DNA from: a bacterium
GTDB lineage: Bacteria; UBA8248; JACPRG01; G963555815
NCBI GenBank assembly: GCA_965261595.1
Contig: CBDHDG010000006.1
Span: 1,408,001 to 1,472,000 of the forward strand
Length of the DNA: 64,000 nucleotides
Direction of reading: 5' to 3'
Shown here: in pieces, positions 40,035 through 51,976 of the stretch
How the letters are laid out: each line of letters starts with the position of its first letter
Numbering within the stretch: the stretch's first letter is position 1
Notes under the pieces: generated by a model
What the model saw: the letters and a program-made list of their open reading frames with translations, nothing else
Databases searched by the model: none
Told to the model about the DNA's origin: nothing
Made by a program: the position numbers and the translations under genes

Positions 40035-42220
40035 CGAACAACGCGAGCGAAGGGTTCATCATCTACCTCGATACGGGCGGCACGTTCTCCGACGCCGTGG
40101 TCGTCGATCCGGGAGGCCGCTTCGTCAGCGGCAAGTCGGCCACGACGCCGGACGACCTGGTGCAATGCTTCTTCGGCTGCATCGAGGACGCCGCCCGCAA
40201 GCTGGACACCGGCGTCCGGGACCTTCTCTCCAAGACCCGGATTCTCGGGTTCGGCACGACCGCCGGGACGAACGCCCTGATCACCCGGGTCGGCGGGCCC
40301 CGCCTGGGCCTCATCTGCACGCGGGGCGTCGAGGACACCACCCTCATCATGCGGATGGAGGGAAGGTGGGCCGGCCGCCCCCTTCAGGAGACCCTCCACA
40401 TCGCCGGGACGGACAAGCCTCTCCCCCTCATTCCCCGCAAGCGCATCCGGGGCGTAACCGAGCGGGTGGACAGCAAAGGGCGCGCGGCGATCCCCCTGGC
40501 CGAGGCGGAAGTCCGCGAGGCCATCGAGGCGCTTCTCGCCGACGGAGTCGAGGGCGTCGCCGTCTGTTTCCTCTGGTCCTTCCTGAACGACGCCCACGAG
40601 CGGCGCGCCCGGGAGATCATCCGTGAGGCGGCCCCCGGCCTGCCCGTCTCCATCTCGGCGGAGGTCGCGCCGGTCATTCGCGAGTATCCCCGTTTCATGT
40701 CGACGATCATCGACCTCTTCATCGGCCGGCCCGTCCAGAAGCTTTTCTCCACCATCGGCGAGCGGCTGGCCCAACACGGATACACCAAAGACCTGCTCGT
40801 GATGCAGGCCTCGGGGGGGCTTTCCCGCTCCGATGTCGTGCGGCCCATCACCACGCTCCACTCGGGACCGGTGGGCGGTCTCCTGGGCGTCGAGCACCTG
40901 AAGCGCCTCTACGGCGAGGCCTACGCCGTGGGGACGGACATGGGCGGGACCAGCTTCGACCTCAGCCTCTCCAAGCCGACCGGCTGGGAATACATCAAGA
41001 CCCCCGTCGTCGCCCGCTTCACCCTGGCCAACCCGATGCTGGGCATCGAGGCCATCGGCGCGGGAGGCGGGACGATCGCGAGCGTCGATCCCACCACCGC
41101 CGGCCTGCGGATCGGCCCCCGCAGCGCCGGGGCGGTTCCCGGGCCCGTCTGCTACGACCAGGGGGGGGAAGCGCCCACCGTCACGGACGCCGACCTGGTC
41201 CTGGGCCGCATCGACCCGGACTTCTTCCTCGACGGCGAGATGCCCCTGAACCGGGAGAAGGCCCGCGCCGCCATCGAGGAAAAGATCACCCGGCCCTTGG
41301 GGATCTCGGCCGAGGAGGCGGCCCTGGGGATCGTCCGGAGCATCGACGGGATCATGCAGAGCGCCATCCGGGCCTTTCTGAGCTGGAAGGGCGTAGACCC
41401 GAGGGAGACCGTCCTGTTCGCCTTCGGCGGGGCCGGACCGACCCATTGCGCCGGATACACGGACGGCCTGGGCGTCAAGCGGGTGGTCATCCCGCCCTTC
41501 GCCTCGACGTTTTCCGCCTTCGGGGCCTCGACGGCGGACGTGACCCGGCGGTTCGAGGCCTCGCCCTACCTGGTCATGCCGGACCTGCCGTACGACGTGA
41601 CCCGCCAGCGCTTCGACGTGCGCTCACTCGACGGGATCCCCCCGGCGACCCTGGAGCGCTTCAACAGGGCGATGGAGCGTCTGGAAGACCGCGCCCGGGA
41701 GGACATGGCCCGGGAGGGCTTCACCGGCGACGAACTGGAAATCCGTTATTTCCTCGAGATGCGCTACGGCGGCCAGCTCAACGAAACCACCTGCCCTTCC
41801 CCCATCGGGCGGATTCGGGAAGCGGCCGATCTTCAGGCGATCCTCCGCGCTTTCGAAGATGAATACGTCCGGCTCTTTCACCCCGGGACGCAATACCCCC
41901 GAGGGGGCGCGGAGATCATCACCGTCACCGTGGAAGCCGCCGCCCCGCCTGTCGCCAAGCCGGTCCTGGCGCCTCAGCCCCGCGACGGGACCGACCCCAA
42001 GGCTGCGCTCAAGGGAAAGCGAAACGTGTTGTTTCCCTCGGGTGGGCTGGAAACGGACATCTACGCCGCCGACAGATTGTCTCACGGCCACGAGATTCCG
42101 GGTCCGGCGATCATCGAGGGGAACGACACGACGGTCGTCGTCCCAGACACCCACCGGATTGCCGTGGACCCCTACCGGAACTTCATTCTGGAACCCCGGA
42201 CCCGAGGAGACCAGCCATGA
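40031..42220 (+). CDS. Hydantoinase A/oxoprolinase-family protein (acetone carboxylase beta-subunit-like)
   Basis: DTGGTFSD, GTT..TNA, SGPVGG, DMGGTSFD, GAGGG, PTVTDAD, FGGAGP. Confidence 0.93.
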   Translation: MTNNASEGFIIYLDTGGTFSDAVVVDPGGRFVSGKSATTPDDLVQCFFGCIEDAARKLDTGVRDLLSKTRILGFGTTAGTNALITRVGGPRLGLICTRGVEDTTLIMRMEGRWAGRPLQETLHIAGTDKPLPLIPRKRIRGVTERVDSKGRAAIPLAEAEVREAIEALLADGVEGVAVCFLWSFLNDAHERRAREIIREAAPGLPVSISAEVAPVIREYPRFMSTIIDLFIGRPVQKLFSTIGERLAQHGYTKDLLVMQASGGLSRSDVVRPITTLHSGPVGGLLGVEHLKRLYGEAYAVGTDMGGTSFDLSLSKPTGWEYIKTPVVARFTLANPMLGIEAIGAGGGTIASVDPTTAGLRIGPRSAGAVPGPVCYDQGGEAPTVTDADLVLGRIDPDFFLDGEMPLNREKARAAIEEKITRPLGISAEEAALGIVRSIDGIMQSAIRAFLSWKGVDPRETVLFAFGGAGPTHCAGYTDGLGVKRVVIPPFASTFSAFGASTADVTRRFEASPYLVMPDLPYDVTRQRFDVRSLDGIPPATLERFNRAMERLEDRAREDMAREGFTGDELEIRYFLEMRYGGQLNETTCPSPIGRIREAADLQAILRAFEDEYVRLFHPGTQYPRGGAEIITVTVEAAAPPVAKPVLAPQPRDGTDPKAALKGKRNVLFPSGGLETDIYAADRLSHGHEIPGPAIIEGNDTTVVVPDTHRIAVDPYRNFILEPRTRGDQP

Positions 42221-44577
42221 CGCGGACCGCGCGGGAGCTGGACCCCTTCACGTACGAGGTCTTCTACAACCGCCTGTTCAACCTGCTGTGCGAATCGCGG
42301 GACGTCATCCGGCACCTCTCGGCGTCGGCCATCAGCCGCGAGTCGGGAGAGACGGCCGAGGGCGTCTTCCTGCCGGACGGGGAGCTGGTCCTCCTCTCCC
42401 CCGGCCTCCTCCTCCACCTCAACACCGTTGCGCGGGTGATCCGCTTCATGCTCGAAAACCGCATGGGCGAGGACGTGGGGTTCGAGGACGGGGACCAGTT
42501 CATCTGCAACGACGCCATGGTCGCCTCGATGCACCGGATGGACATGGCCGTGGTCGCGCCGTTCTTTTACGGGGGCGAGCTCGTCGGCTGGGTGGGCAAT
42601 TACAGCCACGTCCCCGAGATCGGCGCCACCGAGCCGGGCGGGCACCCGATGATCGCCACCGACTGCTACCACGAAGGGCTCCTCCTCACCCCCGTGAAGC
42701 TCGTCGAGCGGGGGCGGGTCCGCCGGGACCTGATGGAGATGATGGCCCGCGTCGTCCGGGACCCGAGGCCCATCGAGATCGACACCAAGGCCAAGATCGC
42801 CGCCAATGAGCGCACCCGCCGCAACCTGACCCAGCTGATCGACGATGTGGGTCTCGATTTTTTCATGGAGGCCTCCCGGAAGCTCATCGACGACTCCGAG
42901 GCCCAGTCGCGCGAGGCCGTCAAGACGCGCAGGCCCGGGAAGTACCGGGCGCGGGTGTTTTCCGACTCCGAGCTGCCTGAGCGGCCGGGACTGCGGGTCA
43001 TGGAGACCGAGCTCGAGATCGGCGGCGACGGGAGCCTGACCCTCCGGGCGCCGGTCGTCTCTCCCCAGGCCGCCGGCTCGTACAACTGCCCCCTGCCCTG
43101 CCTGGAGGGAAACGTCTTCTGTCTCACGCTGAGCCACCTCTTCTACAAGACCCGGTGGAACGGGGGCGTGGTCCGGATCTACCGGACGGACATCCCCTAC
43201 GGGTCCATCCTAAACTGCGACGAGACCGCGGCCGTTCATTACGGGACCGTCGGAGTCGGCCTGCACGCCGCCTCGGCGATCAGCGTGGCCCTGTCCCGCG
43301 CGGCGTACATCGTGGACCGGCGCGAGGACATCCTGGTCTCCTCGCCCCCGGTGAACCAGCTCCTGTACGGCGGGCTCGATCAGTTCGACCGGCGGTGCGG
43401 AAAGTACGTGATGGATTGCGTCTGCACGGGGGGCGGGGCCCGGTTCGACAGGGACGGGGCCGACAGCGGCGTCCACCAGGTGAACCCCTGGATCTTCTGC
43501 ATCGACGTGGAGGGGACGGAGGCCATCGGGCCGCTGATCCAGCTGGGCCGCCGGCATCTGCCCGACTCCGGCGGCTTCGGCATGCGCCGGGGGGGAAACG
43601 GCGTCAGCGCGGTCCTCACCATCCACGACACTCAATCCCTGACGATCGGGAACATGGCCCAGGGCCGGTATGTGACGCCCATCCAGGGGATGTTCGGCGG
43701 CTATCCCCCCTCGGCGTCGCGCTTCCTCAAGGTTCACGACGCCGATGTCCTGAACGCGTCGCCGGAGGTTATCCCGCACGACGTGGTCGAGCTCCTGAAC
43801 TACCCGCACGGGCGGCTGGAGGACCTCTACTGCGGGTCGAAATACCTGCCCATCAAAGAAGGCGACCTGATCGCCACCATCTACAACGGCGGGGGCGGCC
43901 TCGGCGATCCGCTGGATCGCGATCCGGAAGACGTCCTGCGGGACATGGGGAACGCCCTGACGACGCCCGACGCGGCCCGGGAGGCTTACGGCGTCGTCCT
44001 TTCGTCGGGGGAGGAGACCTCCATCGAGGCGGACAAGACGCGGGCGCTTCGGGCGGAGCGAAAGGCTGGGAGGCTCCGGACGGGCGTTCCGGGCCCGGAG
44101 TTCCTGGGCCGGCAGGTGAAGCGGCGCGAGGAGCGCGATTATCCCGGGCCGACGCTGGCCCTCTACGACCAGATCCTCGCCACGCCCTGGTCCGGGACGT
44201 TCCGCGAGCAGCTTGCCTTCGAGGAGCACGCGGCCGAGGGAGCGGCGGGGCCGCAACCCCTGGAGCTGCGCGAGCCGCTGGGGGTCTTCCTTCCCCTGAC
44301 GCTCTACGTGAACGTCGTCGAAGACGCCGGCGGCCGGCGTGCGTGCGTATGCGCGGGATGCGGACATGTCTACGGCGAGGCGGCCGAGAACTATAAGCTG
44401 GGATGCCTGATCCACGAGCGCGACCCGGTCGAGATCCACGGGTCCTTCGCGCCTGATCCGGACTGGCTGGTCTACCGGGAGTTCTACTGTCCCGGGTGCG
44501 GCGCGCTGGTCGAGGTGGAATCCACGCCTTCGTGCATGCCGATCCTGCATGACGTGGAGCTGGATGAGCTTCGGTAG
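42217..44577 (+). CDS. Hydantoinase B/acetone carboxylase alpha-like subunit fused to an acetone carboxylase gamma-like domain
   Basis: GD.FI.ND, EGL...P, DSGG.G..RGG, GGGG.GDPL.RD; C-terminal C..CGH......NYK...DPDW..REFYCPGCG..VEVE. Confidence 0.88.
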   Translation: MTRTARELDPFTYEVFYNRLFNLLCESRDVIRHLSASAISRESGETAEGVFLPDGELVLLSPGLLLHLNTVARVIRFMLENRMGEDVGFEDGDQFICNDAMVASMHRMDMAVVAPFFYGGELVGWVGNYSHVPEIGATEPGGHPMIATDCYHEGLLLTPVKLVERGRVRRDLMEMMARVVRDPRPIEIDTKAKIAANERTRRNLTQLIDDVGLDFFMEASRKLIDDSEAQSREAVKTRRPGKYRARVFSDSELPERPGLRVMETELEIGGDGSLTLRAPVVSPQAAGSYNCPLPCLEGNVFCLTLSHLFYKTRWNGGVVRIYRTDIPYGSILNCDETAAVHYGTVGVGLHAASAISVALSRAAYIVDRREDILVSSPPVNQLLYGGLDQFDRRCGKYVMDCVCTGGGARFDRDGADSGVHQVNPWIFCIDVEGTEAIGPLIQLGRRHLPDSGGFGMRRGGNGVSAVLTIHDTQSLTIGNMAQGRYVTPIQGMFGGYPPSASRFLKVHDADVLNASPEVIPHDVVELLNYPHGRLEDLYCGSKYLPIKEGDLIATIYNGGGGLGDPLDRDPEDVLRDMGNALTTPDAAREAYGVVLSSGEETSIEADKTRALRAERKAGRLRTGVPGPEFLGRQVKRREERDYPGPTLALYDQILATPWSGTFREQLAFEEHAAEGAAGPQPLELREPLGVFLPLTLYVNVVEDAGGRRACVCAGCGHVYGEAAENYKLGCLIHERDPVEIHGSFAPDPDWLVYREFYCPGCGALVEVESTPSCMPILHDVELDELR

Positions 44578-44596
44578 GGTTCTTCGGCCCGGACGC

Positions 44597-45547
44597 CTAC
44601 AGCCGCGCCATGTACTCCGCCATCCGGCGGCGCGTCTTGGCATCCGGCAGGCGGCCGTATGCCGCTCCCATGTTGTCCATGAGGTGTTTCGGCTTGGTGG
44701 TCGCGGGGATGGCGCACGTGCAGGCCGGGTGGGAAATCAGGTACTTCAGGAAGAACTGTCCCCAGCTCTGAATATCAAAATCCCCTCCCTCCGCCCACGG
44801 GGGGAGGGGTCTCCCTTTCACCATCCTGAAGAGTCTTCCCCGCCCATAGGGGGTGTGCGCGATCACCGCAGTGCCGTGGTCCGCGGCGATGGGCAGCAAT
44901 CGCTCCTCGGCCCTTCGGTTATCGATGGAATACGGGATCTCGATGAAGTCCAGCCCATCGTTCTTGATGATCTCCGCGATCTCGTCGAAGGCGCTCAGCG
45001 CGTAGTGCGTCACGCCCAGGTAACGGATTCGGCCGGACTTCTTCCATTCCTTCAACGTGTCCAGTTGGGTCCGCCAATCGGAGAGGTTGTGGACCTGGAT
45101 CAGGTCGATCCGCTCGGAGCGCATCCGCCGCATGGACCCTTCCATCTGCCGGATGCCGGCCTGTTTGCCGCGCGTCCAGACCTTCGTGGCGAGAAAGAGC
45201 GACTTCTGAATCCCCAATTCCGCGGCGAGGGCGCCGACAACACGCTCCGCTTCCCCGTACATCGGGGATGAATCCACCAGACCGCCGCCCCGCTCGACAA
45301 AGAGGCGCATCACCTCCTGTAGCGGTGAGCCAATGGCCCGCTCGGGCTTCACGTCGAACGTCCTCGACGTGCCGAGACCGACGACCGGCAGCATCTCGCC
45401 GCTGTGCGGGATGGGTTTTTTGAGGATTTCCACCGTCTGACCTTCGACCGTCGGCTTCCCCATGACCGCCCAAGCGCCCAGGCCTCCGAGCGTCTTCAAG
45501 AGCAATCTGCGGGAGAGCATAAAGCCTCCAACATCCTTTGGTTCCAT
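44597..45547 (-). CDS. Aldo/keto reductase with Tat-like signal
   Basis: SRRLLLK; GLGT, DSSPMYG, ATKVW, IDLIQVHN, IPAT. Confidence 0.9.
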   Translation of the reverse strand: MEPKDVGGFMLSRRLLLKTLGGLGAWAVMGKPTVEGQTVEILKKPIPHSGEMLPVVGLGTSRTFDVKPERAIGSPLQEVMRLFVERGGGLVDSSPMYGEAERVVGALAAELGIQKSLFLATKVWTRGKQAGIRQMEGSMRRMRSERIDLIQVHNLSDWRTQLDTLKEWKKSGRIRYLGVTHYALSAFDEIAEIIKNDGLDFIEIPYSIDNRRAEERLLPIAADHGTAVIAHTPYGRGRLFRMVKGRPLPPWAEGGDFDIQSWGQFFLKYLISHPACTCAIPATTKPKHLMDNMGAAYGRLPDAKTRRRMAEYMARL

Positions 45548-45598
45548 GGCCTGAACCTCTCGGAGGCTGTGGTCAGCGCACCGATAGCCGGCGTTGCT

Positions 45599-47387
45599 TC
45601 ACTCCGTCAGTCCCGCATCGCGCAGGGCGTCCAACAGATGCTTCGAATCCTGGGCGTTCTTGTACGGAAGCGCATCCCCCCAGGAGCTTACAGAGAAATT
45701 TGGAAACACTTCGACCAGCCTTTGCGCCGAGGCCTTTGCCTCCTCTTCCCGGCCGACCTTCGTGTAGGCCGCCGTAATGGCAGCCAACGAAACGAGGAAC
45801 GGCGAAAAGCCGCCATCAAGTTTTTCTAATGTTGTGATGGCTTCCTCGTACCGTCTCGCCGTGAAATAGGCAAGGCCCAAAAAAGTCGGATGCCGAGCGC
45901 CCAGCCCCTGAGGATTTAAACGTATCGCCTTTTGTAACGTTTCTATACTTTTCTCCGGCCTCCCCGCCCACGTCAGAAAATAGCCCAAATACACGCGGGC
46001 ATCGACGTCACTCGGTTGTATTTGGACGGCTCGTTCGGCGACGGAAACGGCTTGGTCGGGTTGTCGCCTGACCAAGTAGCCGGCTGCCAGCGCCGTGTGA
46101 GACCACCCAAATGTGGGATCGACTTCCATGGCCCTCTGCGCCAATTCAAATGCCCTTTTCGCATCCTCACGGGGGGATTTGCTGTATCCCAACCAAATCC
46201 ATACGGAATACACCCAAGACGAGCCTGCGAACCGCCTGCAAAATTGGCGTCGAGCTCGATAGCCTGATCAAACAGTTTCCGCGCATATAAGACATTCTCT
46301 TCGGAAGGGAGCTCAAGCACCGCTCTGGCCTGTAAAAAGAGGTCATAGGCTTCCAGGTTCGGGGTGTGTTTCCTCCCGAGCCGTTCTTCTTCTCCCTCCT
46401 TCAACGTCACCGCCAAGGCCGACACCACCTTCTCCGCAACCTCGTCCTGGACGGCGAAAATGTCTTTCAATTCACAGTCATACCGCTCCGCCCACAGGTG
46501 ATTTCCGGTTGTCGCCTCCACAAGCTGGGCGGTGATCCGCACCTTGTCGCCCGCCTTGCGGACGCTGCCTTCAAGCACATAGCGCACACCGAGATCCCGG
46601 CCCACCTGCTGCACCTGCACGGGCTTGCCCTTGTAGACGAATGTTGAGTTTCGGGCGATGACGAACAGGCCGGAAACCTTGGAGAGGTCCGTAATGATGT
46701 CCTCGGTGATCCCGTCGCTGAAATACTCCTGCTCCGAATCGCCGCTCATGTTCTCGAAGGGAAGAACAGCGATGGAGGGCTTGTCGGGCAGCGATGGCCC
46801 CTGTCCGCCCCCCCCCCCCCCGGCAGGCGTTGGGGCCGCCGGGACCGCGACTTCGGCAAGAATCCGGTAGACGTGAACCGGGTCCTTCAAATTCTTGACC
46901 GCCCGCTCGCCAAGGTCCTCGAACCCGGCATCCACTTTGTTTCTGACCTGCTCGAATACGCTTCCTGAAACGCAGATGCTTCCGGGCTCGGCCAGGCCAT
47001 CGAGACGCGCGGCGACGTTGACGCCCTCGCCGTAGATGTCGTCGCCGTCGAAGATGATGTCTCCCAGATTGATCCCAACGCGAAACTCGATCCGCTTCTC
47101 TTCCGACACGCCGGCGTTTCGCCGCGCCATCTCCCGCTGGACCTCAACGGCGCACTGGACGGCGTTCACCACGCTCGCGAACTCGACCAGGACTCCGTCC
47201 CCCGTGGTCTTGACGATCCGGTCCGTGATGTTCCGTGATCCTGGGATTGATGATCTCACCGCGGAGGGCCTTGAGCCGTTCAAGCGTCCCCGCTTCGTCC
47301 GCCTCCATCAGCCGGCTGTACCCGGCGATGTCCGCGGCAAGGATCGCGGCTGAGTCTTCTTGTGACTTCTTGCGGGTCCAAAGACAT
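45599..47387 (-). CDS. Adenylate/guanylate cyclase - TolB-like - TPR protein, multiply frameshifted
   Basis: AILAADIAGYSRLM, KTTGDG, RVGINLGD, VNVAARL, PDKPSIAVLPF, SDGITEDII and TPRs over several frames. Confidence 0.85.
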
Positions 47388-47522
47388 TTCCCCCGGGCGA
47401 AATCCCTGAGACGGGCAGGTTGTCCCACCTCAACCCCTTATGACAAATCAAGGAATGCCACCGAATATCAAGGGCTCACGCCGCATCGGAAGGGTCTGTT
47501 GCTTTCGGGGCGATGACTGGAT

Positions 47523-48963
47523 CTAAGGATGAGGTTCCGGGTCAGGCGACGCCTCATCCATTGAGATCGGCAGGCGAACCCGGAACCGCGTCTCACCCGG
47601 CCCGGAGTCCAGGGTGATGTCCCCTTTGTGGGTTTCGTAGACGATCCGGTGGACAATGTGCAGACCGAGGCCGGTCCCCTTCCCCACGTCCTTTGTCGTG
47701 AAAAACGGCTCGAAGATCTTCGGCTGGATCTCCTCGGGAACCCCCGGACCGTTGTCGGCAATCTCGACGGTGACCGAGCGCGCCTCCTGAGACGTTCGCA
47801 ACCGGATCCGGCCGCCCGGACCGGCGGCGTCAATGGTGTTGTCGATCAGGTTCGTCCACACCTGGTTGAGCTCGACCCCGTACGCCTCGATCGGCGACAG
47901 GTCCGGAGCGTAATCGCGCTCGACCTGAACCTTCTCGTCTCCCAATTTGTGGCCAAGGATGATGAGCGTGTCCTCGAGCCCCCGGTGTATGTCCACTTCC
48001 TGCCGGGGCCCCTGATCCATAAAGGAATAGGACTTGACCGCGCTGACGAGCTCGTGAATTCGCGCCGGCCGCCATTTCGACCTCCCGCACCAGCACGGAG
48101 GCGGCGAGCGACTGCTCCAGCCAGGCAATCGCGGCCGGAAGGGCTTCTCTGGGCGCCCCCTCCGCCAGGCCCTCCAACCGTTCCACCGACAGGCCCGCCT
48201 GGGCGAAAGTCGGCGCCAGCCTCCAGCCGTCCGCGACATCGCGGTCATCCAGCCAGTCTGAAATTTCGTCCTCCAGCTCGCTCTCGCGCAGGGGGTCCGG
48301 GGAGGAGGGAGGGGGGGAAGAGGCGGCCGGCGCCCCGGAATCCTCCCGGATAACAGCCGAGAGCCGTTCCAGATGCCCCGGGTCGAGCGGCGTCCGGGCG
48401 AGCGCGACGGTCTGCGTCTTGAGCGATTCCAGGGTCTCGGCGAGCGTTTTGGCCGCGCGAAGCGCCGCGGCGGCGGGGTTGTTCAAATCATGCGCCAGCC
48501 CGGCGGAGATTTTCCCCAGACCGGCCAATTTCTCCTGTTGCTGAGTGAGCCCCTCGTTATACTTGAGGCGCCGGGCCGTCGCCTGGATGAACTGGAAAAC
48601 CACCGGCGGGCAGACGCCGAGCATTTCCCGGAAGGCCTCCGCGGTGAACCGGATCAGGCGGGAGGGCCGGTTGCCGCGCACGGTGGCGATGGGCGCGTTG
48701 CCGCTCAGGAGCGAGATCTCGCCGACGAAGTCCCCGGCCGTATCCAATGTGGCCAGCCGGATCTCTTGTCCGGCCGCCTGCCGGGCGACCTCGAGCTCCC
48801 CATCGAGCAGAACGTAGAAGGACTCTCCCTTCCCCCCCTCCTCAATCAGCGCTTCGCCCGGCGCGAGCGCGACCTCCTCGCAATGCCCCGACAGCCACGC
48901 AATTTGATCGGGCGTCAAATCGGCGAAGAGCGGGAGACTTCCCAACTCGATTTTCAGATCCAT
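47523..48963 (-). CDS. cNMP-binding-domain sensor histidine kinase, frameshift near 48065
   Basis: cNMP domain (FVGEISLL), H-box [38 protein letters not shown]. Confidence 0.88.
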
Positions 48964-49071
48964 GGACGAACCTCGATGGGAACCGGAGAACAAGGACTCA
49001 CTTATAATTGGATCCCAACCCCGCCACAAGCGGAAGGGCGCCCCGCCGGGTTCGGATCGTCCGCTCCGGCG

Positions 49072-50076
49072 TCAGCCTCCGCCCGCGCCGGCGACGAGAG
49101 GGTCCGCCTCCGAGCGGAGCCTGTCCTGTTTCCGCCCCAGGGAAACGCCGGTCATCAACCAGCCCGCGGCGATGGGGACCGCGAGGAAGGCAATCGCCGA
49201 CAGGCCCATCCCGAGGCCGGAAAGCCCGGCGAACACCCAGCCGCTGACCGCGTCTCCCCCACGGTAGACCACCGTATCGATGAAGTTCTTGGCCTTGTAC
49301 TTCTCCTCCCGTCCCACAACCGTGAACAGGACCTCCCGGGCCGGCCGGGCGAGGGCGAAGTTCCCGGCCCGCCGGACCACCTGGAAGGCGACCAACACCC
49401 CCAAGACCGGAAAGAACCCGAGACCGGCGAAGCCCAGCATGACCAGCGCGGGCGCCAGGGCGAGCGTCACGGGGAGGCCGAACGCCGCGACGATCCTTCC
49501 GGTCAGAAAAAGCTGCGTCAGGATGGTCAGGACGTTCACCCCCAGGTTGATGGACGCGAAAAGGGCGGTGCGCTTCACCGGGTCGTCGAAGGCGCCCCGG
49601 ACGATGTGGGCCTGCTCCAAGTAGAGAAACGTCGAAAGCGTCGTGTAGAGCAGGATATAGAGACAGATGCCCAGCAGGTACCGAGACTGGAAAACCTGTT
49701 TCACGCCCGTCCAGACGCCGCCGCCAATCGTCGCCCCCTGTGGCCACGGGGGTTCGGGCTTATCGGCTCCCCCCGGCGGCTGAGGAGAACCCTCCAGGCG
49801 TGCCTCCCGATCCTTTTGCGCCCAGCGCAGAAACCGGTGGACGCAGACCAAAGCGCCCCCGAGGAGCAGGACGGAAATCAGGAGGAGGTTCGTGACCCCA
49901 ATCCGGACGACAAGCGCCGCCGTGAGCGCCGAGCCCGCCACCGCGCCGGCGCTGCCTCCCGCCGCGATGAACCCGAACAGCCGCCGCGCCTGCTCGTTGG
50001 TGAACAGGTCGGCCATGAAGATCCAGAAAACCGACACGACGAACAAATTGAAAACACTCACCCAGATAAAAAAGGG
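49072..50076 (-). pseudogene. MFS/AAA (NTP-NDP exchange-like) transporter, 5' part removed by an IS1595-type end
   Basis: FFIWVSVFNLFVVSVFW..MAD, PARE.LFTV...EKYKAKNFIDT.VYRGGD; no N-terminus. Confidence 0.85.
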
Positions 50077-50572
50077 ATTTATATAGGAGAGTTGACAAAT
50101 ACCACGCTAAACTTAAAAAGAAGAGTTGACATAGTCTCCGTCAAGCCCTATATTATATAGTAGAAAGGGGAAACGGAGAAAATGAAACGCATCGCAAAGA
50201 CCATCGGAATTTTCGAACTGAATCAGAAATACTCCACAGACCACAAAGCCCGCATATATTTCGAGGAACTCCGCTGGGGCAAAAAGCCGGTCTGCGTCCG
50301 TTGCGGCGGCTTCAAGAAGATCACCGAACAGAAAAAACATCCAGGCCGTTATTGGTGCGGAGATTGCCGAAAATACTTCACGGCATTCACGAACACCCCT
50401 CTTGAGTATTCCAAGGTTTCCCCGCGCAAATGGATCATGGCCGCCTATATGCTCATGACGGCCCGCAAGGGCGTGAGCAGTTTGCAGTTGAGCAAGGAGC
50501 TTGATGTCACGCAGACAACGGCTTGGTACATTCTCCACAGATTGCGGCTTGCTTGCGGAGACGGCATAGAAG
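50074..50572 (+). mobile_element. IS1595-family remnant; transposase 50182.. truncated by an IS3 insertion
   Basis: LRW..PVCVRCG..YWCGDCRK.FT Zn ribbon, KGVSSLQL..EL.VTQTTAW..LHRLR; the DDE part is missing. Confidence 0.85.
50126..50154 (+). promoter_or_regulatory. Near-consensus sigma-70 promoter of the IS1595 transposase
   Basis: TTGACA-N17-TATATT upstream of ATG 50182. Confidence 0.7.
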
Positions 50573-51976
50573 TGGACCGCCCCTGGGTTATTGGACACTC
50601 GGGTGAGGGTATTCGACCTCATGCGGCCTCCGCAACTTGAGCGAGTTTTTCCTGCCTTGCCTGGGCCGGCGTTCGGTAGCCGTAGCCCTCAAGAATCCAA
50701 TGATGGTTGTACAGGTTCTTGAACTCAAGCAGCGCCCACCGCAGTTCCTCTACGGTGGCGAAAGAGCGCACCCACAGGAGATTCTCCTTCAAGATGCGGA
50801 TGAACCACTCACAGTAGCCATTTCCCTCGGGCGCCCGCACGAAGCTGGGCGAACTGGTCATGCCCAGGTAGGCGATCTCCCGCTGAAAGTCATCGGACAG
50901 ATAGGCGGGGCCGTGGTCGTGACGAACTTTAAGCCCCTCGGCGACGTCCGCCTCCAAGCCGGCGAAGCGCTCGGCGACCCCCTGCCGGATCGGCTCCAGG
51001 GCCTCGAAGCGGTTGCCGCTCTTGGCCGCATGGATCCCCACGCAGTCCACCGAGCAGTGATCCACCGCCACGAACACCGAGGCCATCCCCTCCTCGGTGG
51101 TCACCGTCGTCGTCATGTCCGTGCCCCACATTCGGTCGGGCCGCTCGGTGCGGATGGTCCCGTTGTGGGCCTTGGGACCTCGGGGTTTGCCCACCCGGTG
51201 GGGGGCCTGAAGCCCCGCCTCCCGCATCAGGCGACGCACCCGCTCCTTGCTGGTGCGGATGCCCGCGAAGCGCAGCCTCGCCCACACCTTGCGGTAGCCC
51301 TCGCCATGGAAGGGAGAGTCCTCCAGGACCTGCCGGATGTGGCCGAGGAGTTCCGCATCGGTGCACGGGCCCACAGGGCCGCGCTTATTGGGCGTGGGGC
51401 GTTCATGAACGGGGACCGCCTCTCGCCGCCGTTGCGCGTAGACCGTGGAGCGCGCCAAGCCCCAAAGGGCGCACACCCGCTTCAGGCCGTAGGCTCTGCC
51501 CGTGGAGGTGAAGCGGGCCTGACTCATCGCCTCCACCTCCTGCCGGCTAAAGGGCGGCCGGCCTCCAGGCGGTCGATCTTCTCCCGCAGGACCTCGCCCT
51601 CCATCGTGAGTTCGCCCACCTTGGCCTTTAGCCGGGCGTTCTCCTCGTCCCGCTCATCCGCCGGGCGGGCTTTGAGCGCCGCCTCGCCCCCGCGAAGGAA
51701 CGCCTCGCGCCAGGCGGAAAGCCGAGCCGCTGTCGTGCCCAACTCGCGGCAGAGCGTCTCCAGGCTCTCGCCCCGCAAAAGACGCAGGACCGCCTCCCGC
51801 TTGCGCTGGCAGGAGAACCGACCCCGCTCACTGCGATGCCCTGGGGCCTTGGCTCCGTTCGCCCTACGGGCGCCCTCCGCCAAAGCCCCCTCTTGCTTTT
51901 GTTCGTTCATCACGACACCCCTTTCTCCATGAATCATGGATCAATCGAGTGTCCAACAAAACCCTAGAGCGGGGGA
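50573..51976 (-). mobile_element. IS3-family element (orfA 51524..51910, orfB 50619..51527)
   Basis: Imperfect IRs sharing TTGGACACTC; HTH orfA; rve integrase orfB (WGTDMT, DHG, PEGNG..E); ATGA overlap. Confidence 0.9.

Noticed and set aside
39638..50160. Long antisense ORFs (e.g. 39638..41446, 43210..44643, 48373..50160)
   Set aside because: Shadow ORFs from high-GC codon bias opposite well-supported genes
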